From Myxococcales bacterium (GTDB lineage: Bacteria > Myxococcota_A > Polyangia > Polyangiales > Houyiibacteriaceae), in contig JAHELW010000003.1 in assembly GCA_024643985.1 (NCBI GenBank), positions 1 through 60,481 on the forward strand: a stretch of 60,481 nt of DNA, in the 5' to 3' direction. Position 1 is the first letter of the stretch; every line of letters starts with the position of its first letter. Position numbers and translations under genes: made by a program. Of this stretch, positions 37,767 through 45,263 are shown piece by piece. The notes under the pieces were generated by a model. That model was not told the DNA's origin. It worked only from the letters and a program-made list of their open reading frames with translations, and did not search any database.

Positions 37767-38222
37767 ATGACGGCGTCATGGGACGACGATCCATGGCTCG
37801 ACTGTCGCAGCGCTGGAGCCTTTCTCGGGCTAACGCCCTCCGGTGTCCGATCGCTCGTCAACCGTGGTGTGTTGTTTCGTCGCTCCACCCTCGACCGCTG
37901 GATTATCGATGGCTGCCGGCGCTATGCTCCTCAGCGGTACGCAACGTCCGGGACGGGAGGAGCGCATGAGCAAATCTCGGTATCCGGGAATCGAACGCCT
38001 GTCGTCGGGTCGCTATCGAGTGAGAGTGACTTGGAACGATCCGAAGACGGGCAAGCGAAAGGATCAGAAGAAAGTGATTGCCGCCACCAGCATGGCCGAA
38101 GCGAGCTCCCAAAGGGAGTTGCTTCGTACCCGCTTGCTGACGGGCGGCACGACCCCAGAGCACCGTCTTCGCCTTGGCGAATACGCGAGCTCGTGGATGC
38201 GTGGGAAGATTCCCACTCTTAA
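37767..38222 (+). CDS. Excisionase-like HTH (HTH_17/Xis type), apparently lacking the wing; possibly inactive
   Basis: WLDCRSAGAFLGLTPSGVRSLVNRG-VLFRRSTLDRWI lies immediately upstream of the integrase, and its 3' part overlaps the integrase in another frame. Confidence 0.55.
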   Translation: MTASWDDDPWLDCRSAGAFLGLTPSGVRSLVNRGVLFRRSTLDRWIIDGCRRYAPQRYATSGTGGAHEQISVSGNRTPVVGSLSSESDLERSEDGQAKGSEESDCRHQHGRSELPKGVASYPLADGRHDPRAPSSPWRIRELVDAWEDSHS

Positions 38223-39150
38223 GCCCTCGACGCGGGACAAGTACGCGGTGGTCCTGGACCACCATATCCTTCCCGCCTTGGGGGATTACTACGTCGACGC
38301 CATCACGCCGCAAGACGTGCTCCGGTGGCGTGATGCCCAGCATGCCAAGCCCAGCACCGTCAATTCGCGGCTGAGGGTGCTTCGTACGCTCCTCCGGGAC
38401 GCGCAGGCACAGCTCGGGCTGCCCCGGGACCCCTGCGCTCGCGTGAGAACGCTGCCGGAGGAGCCCACGGTCGGAAACCGGCTCAAGCCCGAACAGCTGA
38501 GGCAGGTCCTCGGCCATCTCCAGGAGCATGAGCGACAATGGTATCCGTTGTTTCTCACGATGGCGCTCACCGGCGCTCGCTTCGGCGAGGTCTCGGCCCT
38601 TCAGTGGTCGGACATCGACGAAGACGCCGGAGTGATCTGGATCCGGCGTGCCCAGTCGCAGGGGCGTGTCGGCACGACCAAAACCGGGAAGGTCCGAGAC
38701 GTTCCGCTCCCGCTGCCGCTCATGGCAGTGCTCAAACAGCATCGACAGCGGCTCGTTCGAGACCAGGCACCAGGGCTCTCCGAGGGATTGGTCTTCCCAA
38801 GCCGCGTCGGAACCTACCTACGGAACTCCTCGCTCCGGAAGCCCCTGGGGCGAGCTCTCGAGGCAGCCGGCGTGTCCGAGCGGTTTACCGTTCACGGTTT
38901 CCGCCGAACCTGGAACAACCTGCTCCGCCAAGTGGCGTCGGGCGCGATCACGCGATCGATGATCGGCCACGAGACGGAGGAGATGTTCCTTCACTACTCG
39001 CACATCGAGCGCGATGAGAAGCAAAGCGCCGTCGAACGAGCGCTCGCGCTGGTCGACGGTCCCAAAGTGGAACATCGTGTGGAAGGTTCCCCGCTTGGGG
39101 ACGCCGGCCGGAATGCAGACAGTTCAGAAACCACCCGTAACGACAAGTGA
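37966..39150 (+). CDS. int: Tyrosine recombinase / phage-type integrase
   Basis: N-terminal arm-binding region (GRYRVRV) and core-binding region (STRDKY...HILP). Catalytic R (TGARFGE), K (TKT), HxxR (HGFR), H (IGH) and Y (HYSH) are all present. GGAGG RBS. Confidence 0.93.
   Translation: MSKSRYPGIERLSSGRYRVRVTWNDPKTGKRKDQKKVIAATSMAEASSQRELLRTRLLTGGTTPEHRLRLGEYASSWMRGKIPTLKPSTRDKYAVVLDHHILPALGDYYVDAITPQDVLRWRDAQHAKPSTVNSRLRVLRTLLRDAQAQLGLPRDPCARVRTLPEEPTVGNRLKPEQLRQVLGHLQEHERQWYPLFLTMALTGARFGEVSALQWSDIDEDAGVIWIRRAQSQGRVGTTKTGKVRDVPLPLPLMAVLKQHRQRLVRDQAPGLSEGLVFPSRVGTYLRNSSLRKPLGRALEAAGVSERFTVHGFRRTWNNLLRQVASGAITRSMIGHETEEMFLHYSHIERDEKQSAVERALALVDGPKVEHRVEGSPLGDAGRNADSSETTRNDK
39064..39084 (+). 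repeat. Putative integrase arm-type sites (right)
   Basis: AAAGTGGAACATCGTGTGGAA, with the same 12-bp spacing as the left copy. Confidence 0.55.
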
Positions 39151-39157
39151 TTCTCGG

Positions 39158-39229
39158 AGCGGGTGAAGAGATTCGAACTCTCGACCTCGACCTTGGGAAG
39201 GTCGCACTCTACCACTGAGTTACACCCGC
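39158..39229 (-). tRNA. tRNA-Gly (anticodon CCC), CCA not encoded
   Basis: GCGGGTG acceptor stem pairs with CACCCGC; D-loop AGTGGTA; anticodon arm CGACC-TTCCCAA-GGTCG; T-loop GTTCGAATC; followed by TCCG. Confidence 0.95.
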
Positions 39230-39270
39230 AAAGAGGATGGAGAACTAGCCTTGCTGCCCGAACGCGTCAA

Positions 39271-39298
39271 GCCTGGACCCTTTGGCGAGGGTCCAGGC
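39271..39298. terminator. Stem-loop between the SPFH gene and tRNA-Gly
   Basis: GCCTGGACCCT-TTGGCG-AGGGTCCAGGC; only a weak U-tract. Confidence 0.45.
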
Positions 39299-39311
39299 GT
39301 CGTGCGCGCGT

Positions 39312-40130
39312 TTAGCGGGTGTGGACGAGGGGTAAGCCGTTCGGACCGACGGGGATGTAGACCGTCGTGTGGTTTGGGGCGTCGGCCATCGTCTTTTGCG
39401 CCTCGATCGCCTCGTGCTGCAGGTAGTTGGGCGTCAGCGTTGCGTTGATGATCTTCTGCGCTTCGGCGATTCCCTTGGCCTCTTCGATGCGAATCTCGGC
39501 ATCCCGCCGTGCGATTTCGCGCTGGGTTTCCTTTTCCTCGAGGAGCTGCCTCGCAGCGAGCTTCTTTTCGACGGCCTGCGAGACGACCGGCGGATAGTCG
39601 ATGTTGCCCACCGCGAGCCGGACGACCTCGAACGGAGCGCTCTCGAGGTACTCGCCGAGTGAGGCCTCGATGGTTGCTGCGATCTCGTCGCGCTCTGCTT
39701 TCAGCTCTCGGCTCGAATACTGCTGGACGGACTGCCGCACGATGGTCCGGAGCGGCTCCCTGACGTATCGGTCGTACCAGTGCGGCCCGCCGAACGTCTC
39801 GACCACCGATTGCACCTGACCGTCTTCCGCTTTCATCACCGCGTGAACGCTGAAGGCGACGTTGAGATCGTCTTTGACCAGGATCGCGAACTGCTCGGTG
39901 TACGTGGCCGGCCGAGTGTCGATGTGGATGACTCGGTTCCGGAACGCGCTCACGCCGTAGTTGCCTGGACCGCGGACGACTCCGCGAAAGCCGCCTTCTC
40001 CGAGCACGCGGGGATCTTCGAAGACGTAGCCTTCGTGCCCGGCAGGGGTGTGCGGGTTCGTGCAGCCCGTCACCGCGAGGGGGAGGGCCGCCAACAGGGC
40101 GGCGACGAGGATGAATGGGGTGCTGCGCAT
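39312..40130 (-). CDS. SPFH / band 7 / prohibitin-domain lipoprotein
   Basis: Lipobox VTGC; PAGHEG, NIDYPPVVSQAVEKK, RIEEAKGIAEAQKII, YIPVGPNGLPL; GGAGG RBS. Confidence 0.85.
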   Translation of the reverse strand: MRSTPFILVAALLAALPLAVTGCTNPHTPAGHEGYVFEDPRVLGEGGFRGVVRGPGNYGVSAFRNRVIHIDTRPATYTEQFAILVKDDLNVAFSVHAVMKAEDGQVQSVVETFGGPHWYDRYVREPLRTIVRQSVQQYSSRELKAERDEIAATIEASLGEYLESAPFEVVRLAVGNIDYPPVVSQAVEKKLAARQLLEEKETQREIARRDAEIRIEEAKGIAEAQKIINATLTPNYLQHEAIEAQKTMADAPNHTTVYIPVGPNGLPLVHTR

Positions 40131-40140
40131 GACTGCCTCC

Positions 40141-40250
40141 TTTATTTTCGGATATTTCGTGTATTTATATAATATAATATAACAAAGCATAATGCAGCAC
40201 AGAGTGGTATTTTCGTATTGTTTCGTGTATAAAAACACCAAAAGGGGGTT
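40141..40250. promoter_or_regulatory. Very AT-rich divergent promoter region with direct repeats
   Basis: TATTTTCGGATATTTCGTGTAT (40143-40164) resembles TATTTTCGTATTGTTTCGTGTAT (40208-40230); an ATATA x3 tract lies between them. Confidence 0.6.
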
Positions 40251-40252
40251 CC

Positions 40253-40546
40253 ATGACGGACGAGTTTCGGCGAATCAGCCTGATGATTCGGGAGGATCAG
40301 CACCAGCGGCTGTTGGACCTCGGCGTGAACATGAGCGCCCTGATCCGCAGCCTCATCGACGACCATCTGAGCGAATCGAAGATCACGCTCGCGGTGCCCG
40401 AGGAGACGGCGCACCTCTATCGGCAGGTGGTCTCCGACACCGGCAGCACCGACGCGGAGGTCGAGCCGTATCTTCGAGCCGCCCTGAAAACCATGCTCAA
40501 AGACCGAATCGCCCAGCTGCAGACGCTTCACCGAAGCATCGAGTAG
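40253..40546 (+). CDS. Small ribbon-helix-helix-like DNA-binding protein
   Basis: RRISLMIREDQHQRL...NMSALIRSLIDDHL beta-alpha-alpha pattern. Confidence 0.6.
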   Translation: MTDEFRRISLMIREDQHQRLLDLGVNMSALIRSLIDDHLSESKITLAVPEETAHLYRQVVSDTGSTDAEVEPYLRAALKTMLKDRIAQLQTLHRSIE

Positions 40547-40685
40547 GGACACGCAGTGCCCCGCAGACCAGCCTTTTTCCGGTAAGTTGCCACCCACGCC
40601 GCGAAAACCCGGCTCTCGTTGGGTTTTCGCGGTGTGGGTTGTAACCATTTGAAAGGAGGTCGGTTTTCGAGGTGCTGCGTGTCCC
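40546..40685. mobile_element. Short copy (140 bp) of the 66-bp-arm element
   Basis: Arms 40546-40611 and 40620-40685 with an 8-bp spacer; GGGACACGCAG...CTGCGTGTCCC termini; the ACCCACRCCGCGAAAACCC core sits at the same offset as in 1344-1872. Confidence 0.65.
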
Positions 40686-43029
40686 CCTGATTCTTTTTTT
40701 GCTTGGGCTGTCTTGGGGGGTGGCGTACGCGCAGGATCTGGTGGCGCCGAGCGTGCGGTCGCTGCCGGGGATTCAGGTGCCCGAGGGGGTCGACGTGCCC
40801 GAGTCGGGGGTCGTGCAGGTCCGGGTCGCGATCGACGCCGACGGCAGCGGGACCGTCACGAGCTGCGATGCAGGGCGCGTGCTGTGCGATCTCGTCGTCG
40901 ACGCGATTCGGCGCGCCGAGTTCGACCCTGCGACCCGGAACGGGAATCCGGTTCCCTCCGAGGTTGCCGTCGAGCTGAGGGTCCGAGCTCCTCCCACCGA
41001 CGAGGACCCCGAGGCATCGGCCACCGAAACGGTCCTCGAGCCGAAGACCGCCCGCGTCGAAAAGGAGCTGATCTTCACCGAGACCGCTCAGGTCGATGCG
41101 CGCGCGCAGGTTCCGATCAAGCTCCAGCTCGAAGGGATCCGAAACATCCCGGGAACCTTTGGCGAGCCGTTTCGAACGCTCGAGCTGATGCCCGGCACCG
41201 TCCCGGTCGCCAACGGGCAGCCCTACGTGTACGTCCGCGGCGCGCCGCCTTCGGGGACCGTGTACCTCTACGACGACATCCCGATTCCGCTGCTCTTTCA
41301 CTCGGCGCTCGGTCCAGCCACCATTCACCCGGGGTTGATCAAGAGCATTTCCCTCTTTTCGGGGGCGGCGCCCGCGCGCTACGGCGGCACGGTCGGCGGC
41401 GTCGTCGCGGCCCGAGCCCGTCGATTCGACGACGATCGCGTGCACGGCGAGGCCGAGCTCCGGGCTATCGATGCCTCGGCGCTGGTGAACGTTCCCATGC
41501 CGAAGGAAGGCTCGATGACGTTCGCCGGCCGCTACGGCTTTCCCAACCTGATTCTCGGCGCCATCGATGTCGACGCGGACGTGAAGTACTGGGACTACCA
41601 GTACCGCACGGGCGTGGCGATGAGCCCGCGGTCCCGGTTCGAGGTGGTCGCGATCGGGGCACGCGACCGATCGATTTTCGACGCCTCCGATCCCGAGGAA
41701 ACCCTTGCCTTCGACCTTCAGTTCCATCGCATCGACGCGCGGTTCGTCGGAAAGCTCAAACGATGGGACCTCGTCGGGACGATGATGTACGGCTACGATT
41801 TCTCGGACATTCTCGACGTCTCGGGCGCGGCCGTACCGGATGCGCGTGCCGACATCCACCGGTTCGGCCCGAGGTTCTGGGCTGTTTACGGTGCGCGAAA
41901 AGCCCAGCTTCGCATCGGCGGCGACCTGGCGGGTCTGTTCGGGCCGGTGGAATGCGTCGGCGGCGACCAAAACCTCTCGGCGCCATGCGACCCCGAGTTT
42001 CTCGAGAGCCAGACCCGCCGCCTCTTCGGCGGCGCCTTCGTCGATGCAAACGTGTCGGCGCTCTCTTGGCTCGACCTTTCGCTCGGCGTGCGCGCCGACG
42101 TGTGGAACACGGGCGGTCAACGAGATGCGGGCGTCAGCCCCCGCGCCCGCGCCACGTTTCACGCGAAGGACATCGCCGACGTGTTCGTCGGTTGGGGGCT
42201 CGGGGTCCGACCGGCCACCTTTGCAATTCCGCTGCCCGGCCTCGGCGACGTGCCCCTCGAGCCGGGCCTGCAGCATGCAAATCAAACCGAGGGTGGGGTG
42301 CGCTTCTTCCTCCCGCGAAACGTCACCTTCGAGACACGCGCGTACCTCAACGTCTACAGGGACCTTCGCTTCGTCGACGTCTTCACCAACCCCGAGGTGA
42401 CCGTCGATGCCGATCCCAGTGCATTAGCCGTCGCGCCGGTGGCAGTCGGCCTGCTCGACGACTCGGCCGACGGAAGGAGCTACGGTCTCGAGCTGCTCCT
42501 TCAGCGGCCGTTCGACATCGGCGTCTCGACGATCGCGAGCTACACGCTCGGTTTCAGCAATCTCACGGCGTCCGCGGGACCGCTCGAGCCCACCATCCCG
42601 TTTCCGGTTCAGACCTTCGACTACACGCCCTCGTATGACGTGCGGCACGTGATCAACGCGGCGCTCGCGTGGCAAGCCAAGTTCGGGCTGATCCTTTCGG
42701 CCCGGGTGTTCTCTCGATCGGGTCGCGCGGAGGGCTGGCTTTGGCTCGATGAGACCGGCGTCGTGCGGCAGTACGTGCAGCGAATCCCCTGGTTCACGCG
42801 GCTCGACCTGATGGTTGCGTACGAGTGGGCCAAGCCTGGACGCCGCATGCGTATCTCCTTCGAGTGGATCAACGTGACCCAGGCACAGGACGCGCAGCAG
42901 ATCGACTCCACGAACCCCGATGCGCCCCTGGCGTGTCAGTTTCGGTACGGCGAGCCCTCCGAGCCCTGTCCGATTCAGCTCACGACCGCGATCTGGTTTC
43001 CAAACCTGTCGTTTCGCGCGGTGTTCTAG
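40672..43029 (+). CDS. TonB-dependent receptor with N-terminal TonB_C-like domain
   Basis: Signal peptide ending AYA-QD; GVVQVRVAIDADG...FDPATRNG (TonB_C); plug motifs IPGTFGEP, VRG, PARYGG; C-terminal F. Confidence 0.85.
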   Translation: MLRVPLILFLLGLSWGVAYAQDLVAPSVRSLPGIQVPEGVDVPESGVVQVRVAIDADGSGTVTSCDAGRVLCDLVVDAIRRAEFDPATRNGNPVPSEVAVELRVRAPPTDEDPEASATETVLEPKTARVEKELIFTETAQVDARAQVPIKLQLEGIRNIPGTFGEPFRTLELMPGTVPVANGQPYVYVRGAPPSGTVYLYDDIPIPLLFHSALGPATIHPGLIKSISLFSGAAPARYGGTVGGVVAARARRFDDDRVHGEAELRAIDASALVNVPMPKEGSMTFAGRYGFPNLILGAIDVDADVKYWDYQYRTGVAMSPRSRFEVVAIGARDRSIFDASDPEETLAFDLQFHRIDARFVGKLKRWDLVGTMMYGYDFSDILDVSGAAVPDARADIHRFGPRFWAVYGARKAQLRIGGDLAGLFGPVECVGGDQNLSAPCDPEFLESQTRRLFGGAFVDANVSALSWLDLSLGVRADVWNTGGQRDAGVSPRARATFHAKDIADVFVGWGLGVRPATFAIPLPGLGDVPLEPGLQHANQTEGGVRFFLPRNVTFETRAYLNVYRDLRFVDVFTNPEVTVDADPSALAVAPVAVGLLDDSADGRSYGLELLLQRPFDIGVSTIASYTLGFSNLTASAGPLEPTIPFPVQTFDYTPSYDVRHVINAALAWQAKFGLILSARVFSRSGRAEGWLWLDETGVVRQYVQRIPWFTRLDLMVAYEWAKPGRRMRISFEWINVTQAQDAQQIDSTNPDAPLACQFRYGEPSEPCPIQLTTAIWFPNLSFRAVF

Positions 43030-45245
43030 CTCGAGGTTCGACCGATCCCCGACCAGTGGTCGGGGTTGAGGGCGCCGGCCGCCGGGCGAACGTCGACCAG
43101 GATGCCGGTGAGGTGCGCCATCCCAGACACGCGTTCGAGCTTGTCCGGGCCGTCCGCGGCCAAGAGGTTCACGTTGACGCCCGTCGTCTTGCTCGCGACG
43201 CTCATCTTGCTGTCTTGGTGCCCCCAACCATGCGGCAGGGCGACCGTGCCCGGCATCAGATCGGACAGCAGCTTCACGGGCACACGGACCGTGTTGGTTT
43301 CGCTCGATACGTCGGCAAGCTTGCCGTCGCCGAGGCCGATGCGGGTCGCGTCGTCGGGGTGCATGTAGAGGTGATTCGTCGTGCGCTCGCCCGAGACGAA
43401 ATCCTCGATGTTGTGCGTCCACGAGTTGTGCGTCGTGATCGCCCGCTTCGTGATCAGCTTGAGCTTGTTCTTGGTGGTACGCTCGAGCTCGAAGTCTTCG
43501 TCGAGCTTTTTCGTCTGTTCGAGCAACACGTCCGGTGCGAGGTGCATCTTGCCGTCCTCGTGAATGATGCGGCTGCCGAGAAAGCTTCCCGGGTCGTGCT
43601 CGGGGCGGAGCCGCCCGTGCGTCTCTTTGAGGAGCTTTTTGAAGCTGCCCTGCTTCGTCGCGCGCAGCAGGCCCGAAAGCAGAAGCTCTTGGGGAATCGA
43701 CGGCTGACGGTCGCCCCGCCCGACGGAGCTCACGCCTTTCGCGAGCTCCATCGCGCGCTGGGCGACGGCGGAGCCCCACAGGTTGATGCCACTGGCCTTC
43801 GCGATGTCGACGTAGATCGTCGCTTCGTCGCGCTGCTCGCCCTGCGGCGGCACGATGGCGCGCGTGGCCTGCAGGTAGGGCTTGGACTGAAGCCCGAGCA
43901 TCAAAGGAAACACGAAGGGCAGGTCGGGCCGCTGGAAGGGCGAGGTGCACGGAAGCACGTGGGTAGCGACCGAGGCGGTTTCGCTCGGCTGGATGTCCAG
44001 CACCACGAGCAGCTCCAGCTGCTGGAACGCGTCGCGCAGGCGCTCGGAGTTCGCCATCGTGATCAGCGGATTGCCGCCGGTCACGAAGAGCGCCTTGATC
44101 TGGCGGTCTCCGGGGGTGAGGATCTCGTCGGCCAAGATACCGCCCGGGAGCGCATCGTTCACGGACTTGAAGCCTCCGATGCGGCTCTCGTTCTGCTGCA
44201 ACAGAATGCCGGTTTTCTTGCCGAAGGCAGCGAAATCGATGACGCCGTTGCCGACGAGCGTGCCCCCTTTGCGGTCGAGGTTGCCGGAGATGGCGTTGAT
44301 GCACTCTTGCAGCCAAAAGGCGAGGGAGCCGTTGGTCCCCATGTTGACGCCGGTCGAGCAGTAGAGTGCCGCGCCGTCGGCTTTCACGTACGCGCGCACC
44401 ATCGCTCGAAGCGTGTCGGCCGGAATCTGCGTCACCTCTGCCGTCCTCTCGGGCGGCCACGCGTCGGCGACCCGGCAGAGCTCGTCGAAGCCGGTCATGT
44501 AGCGGTCGATTCGGGAGCGATCGGGCGTCGTCGTCGCGAGAAGCTCGTTGAGGAACGAAAGGTAGAAGAACACATCGGTGTTCGGGCGGATGAATACGTG
44601 CTCCCCCGCAACCTTCGCCGTCTCGGTCCGGCGCGGGTCGACGACGAAGATCTTCGTGCCGCGAGCCTCGAGCTCTTTGAGGCGTCGAATCGGGTTCGGC
44701 ACTTGGAGAAAGCTCCACTTGGAGATCGCCGGGTTCGCGCCGACGATGATGAGGCATTCGATGTGGTCGAGGTCGGGGAAGGGCTGCGTGAAGGGGAATC
44801 CGTAGACTTGATGGGACACCGCGAACTTGTTGGCGCAATCCTGAGTGGCCGACGCGAACATGCTCGCCGAGCCCACCCCCTGCATGAAGCCCGACGCGAA
44901 CACGGGGTGAAGCACGCCGAAGCCAGCGGCCGTGCCGACGTACATCGCGATGCTGTCGGGCCCGTGGTCGTCGATGAGCTGGCGGACTTTCCCGCCGATG
45001 CTCGAGAGTGCGTCGTTCCAGCTGACGCGCTGAAGCTCGCCGTCGACTCGCTGCATCGGGTAGAGCAGCCGGTCCGGCGTGTTGTACATCTTGTGTTGCT
45101 TGAGGCCTTTCAAACACCCGTAGCCGCGCGTCGCCACGTGCTGATCGTCGGGTTTGATGTCGACCACCCGGTCGCTGTCGATCGTCACCTCGAGGCCGCA
45201 AAGCGCCTCGCAGATCCGGCAGAACGTCTGCACTGTCTCGGCCAT
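43026..45245 (-). CDS. Molybdopterin-dependent oxidoreductase (DMSO reductase superfamily), cytoplasmic
   Basis: CRICEALC...CLKG 4Fe-4S motif, VVDPRRTETA, C-terminal MHPDDA...LPHGWG; no Tat signal. Confidence 0.88.
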   Translation of the reverse strand: MAETVQTFCRICEALCGLEVTIDSDRVVDIKPDDQHVATRGYGCLKGLKQHKMYNTPDRLLYPMQRVDGELQRVSWNDALSSIGGKVRQLIDDHGPDSIAMYVGTAAGFGVLHPVFASGFMQGVGSASMFASATQDCANKFAVSHQVYGFPFTQPFPDLDHIECLIIVGANPAISKWSFLQVPNPIRRLKELEARGTKIFVVDPRRTETAKVAGEHVFIRPNTDVFFYLSFLNELLATTTPDRSRIDRYMTGFDELCRVADAWPPERTAEVTQIPADTLRAMVRAYVKADGAALYCSTGVNMGTNGSLAFWLQECINAISGNLDRKGGTLVGNGVIDFAAFGKKTGILLQQNESRIGGFKSVNDALPGGILADEILTPGDRQIKALFVTGGNPLITMANSERLRDAFQQLELLVVLDIQPSETASVATHVLPCTSPFQRPDLPFVFPLMLGLQSKPYLQATRAIVPPQGEQRDEATIYVDIAKASGINLWGSAVAQRAMELAKGVSSVGRGDRQPSIPQELLLSGLLRATKQGSFKKLLKETHGRLRPEHDPGSFLGSRIIHEDGKMHLAPDVLLEQTKKLDEDFELERTTKNKLKLITKRAITTHNSWTHNIEDFVSGERTTNHLYMHPDDATRIGLGDGKLADVSSETNTVRVPVKLLSDLMPGTVALPHGWGHQDSKMSVASKTTGVNVNLLAADGPDKLERVSGMAHLTGILVDVRPAAGALNPDHWSGIGRTSS

Positions 45246-45263
45246 CGGCGTAATGTATAGGGC

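Larger units (their letters stand above)
36060..39199. mobile_element. Minimal integrative element (3094 bp between att copies) in tRNA-Gly(CCC)
   Basis: Flanked by an exact 46-bp direct repeat of the tRNA 3' half; contains a tyrosine integrase adjacent to the tRNA. Confidence 0.9.

Noticed and set aside
36818-37794. ORFs 36818..37327(-), 36823..37056(-), 37306..37794(-) and similar inside the element
   Set aside because: No RBS or motifs, they overlap each other, and the region's 10-bp periodicity and palindromes argue for non-coding function.
39100-39199. attP located inside the integrase gene, as in myxophage Mx8
   Set aside because: The integrase stop (39150) falls just before the duplicated core (39154), so integration does not change its C-terminus.
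40528-45260. Very long alternative ORFs (40528..42285, 40713..42638, 42424..45201, 42825..45260)
   Set aside because: Arg/Gly/Pro-rich off-frame or antisense shadows of the TonB receptor and molybdoenzyme genes.
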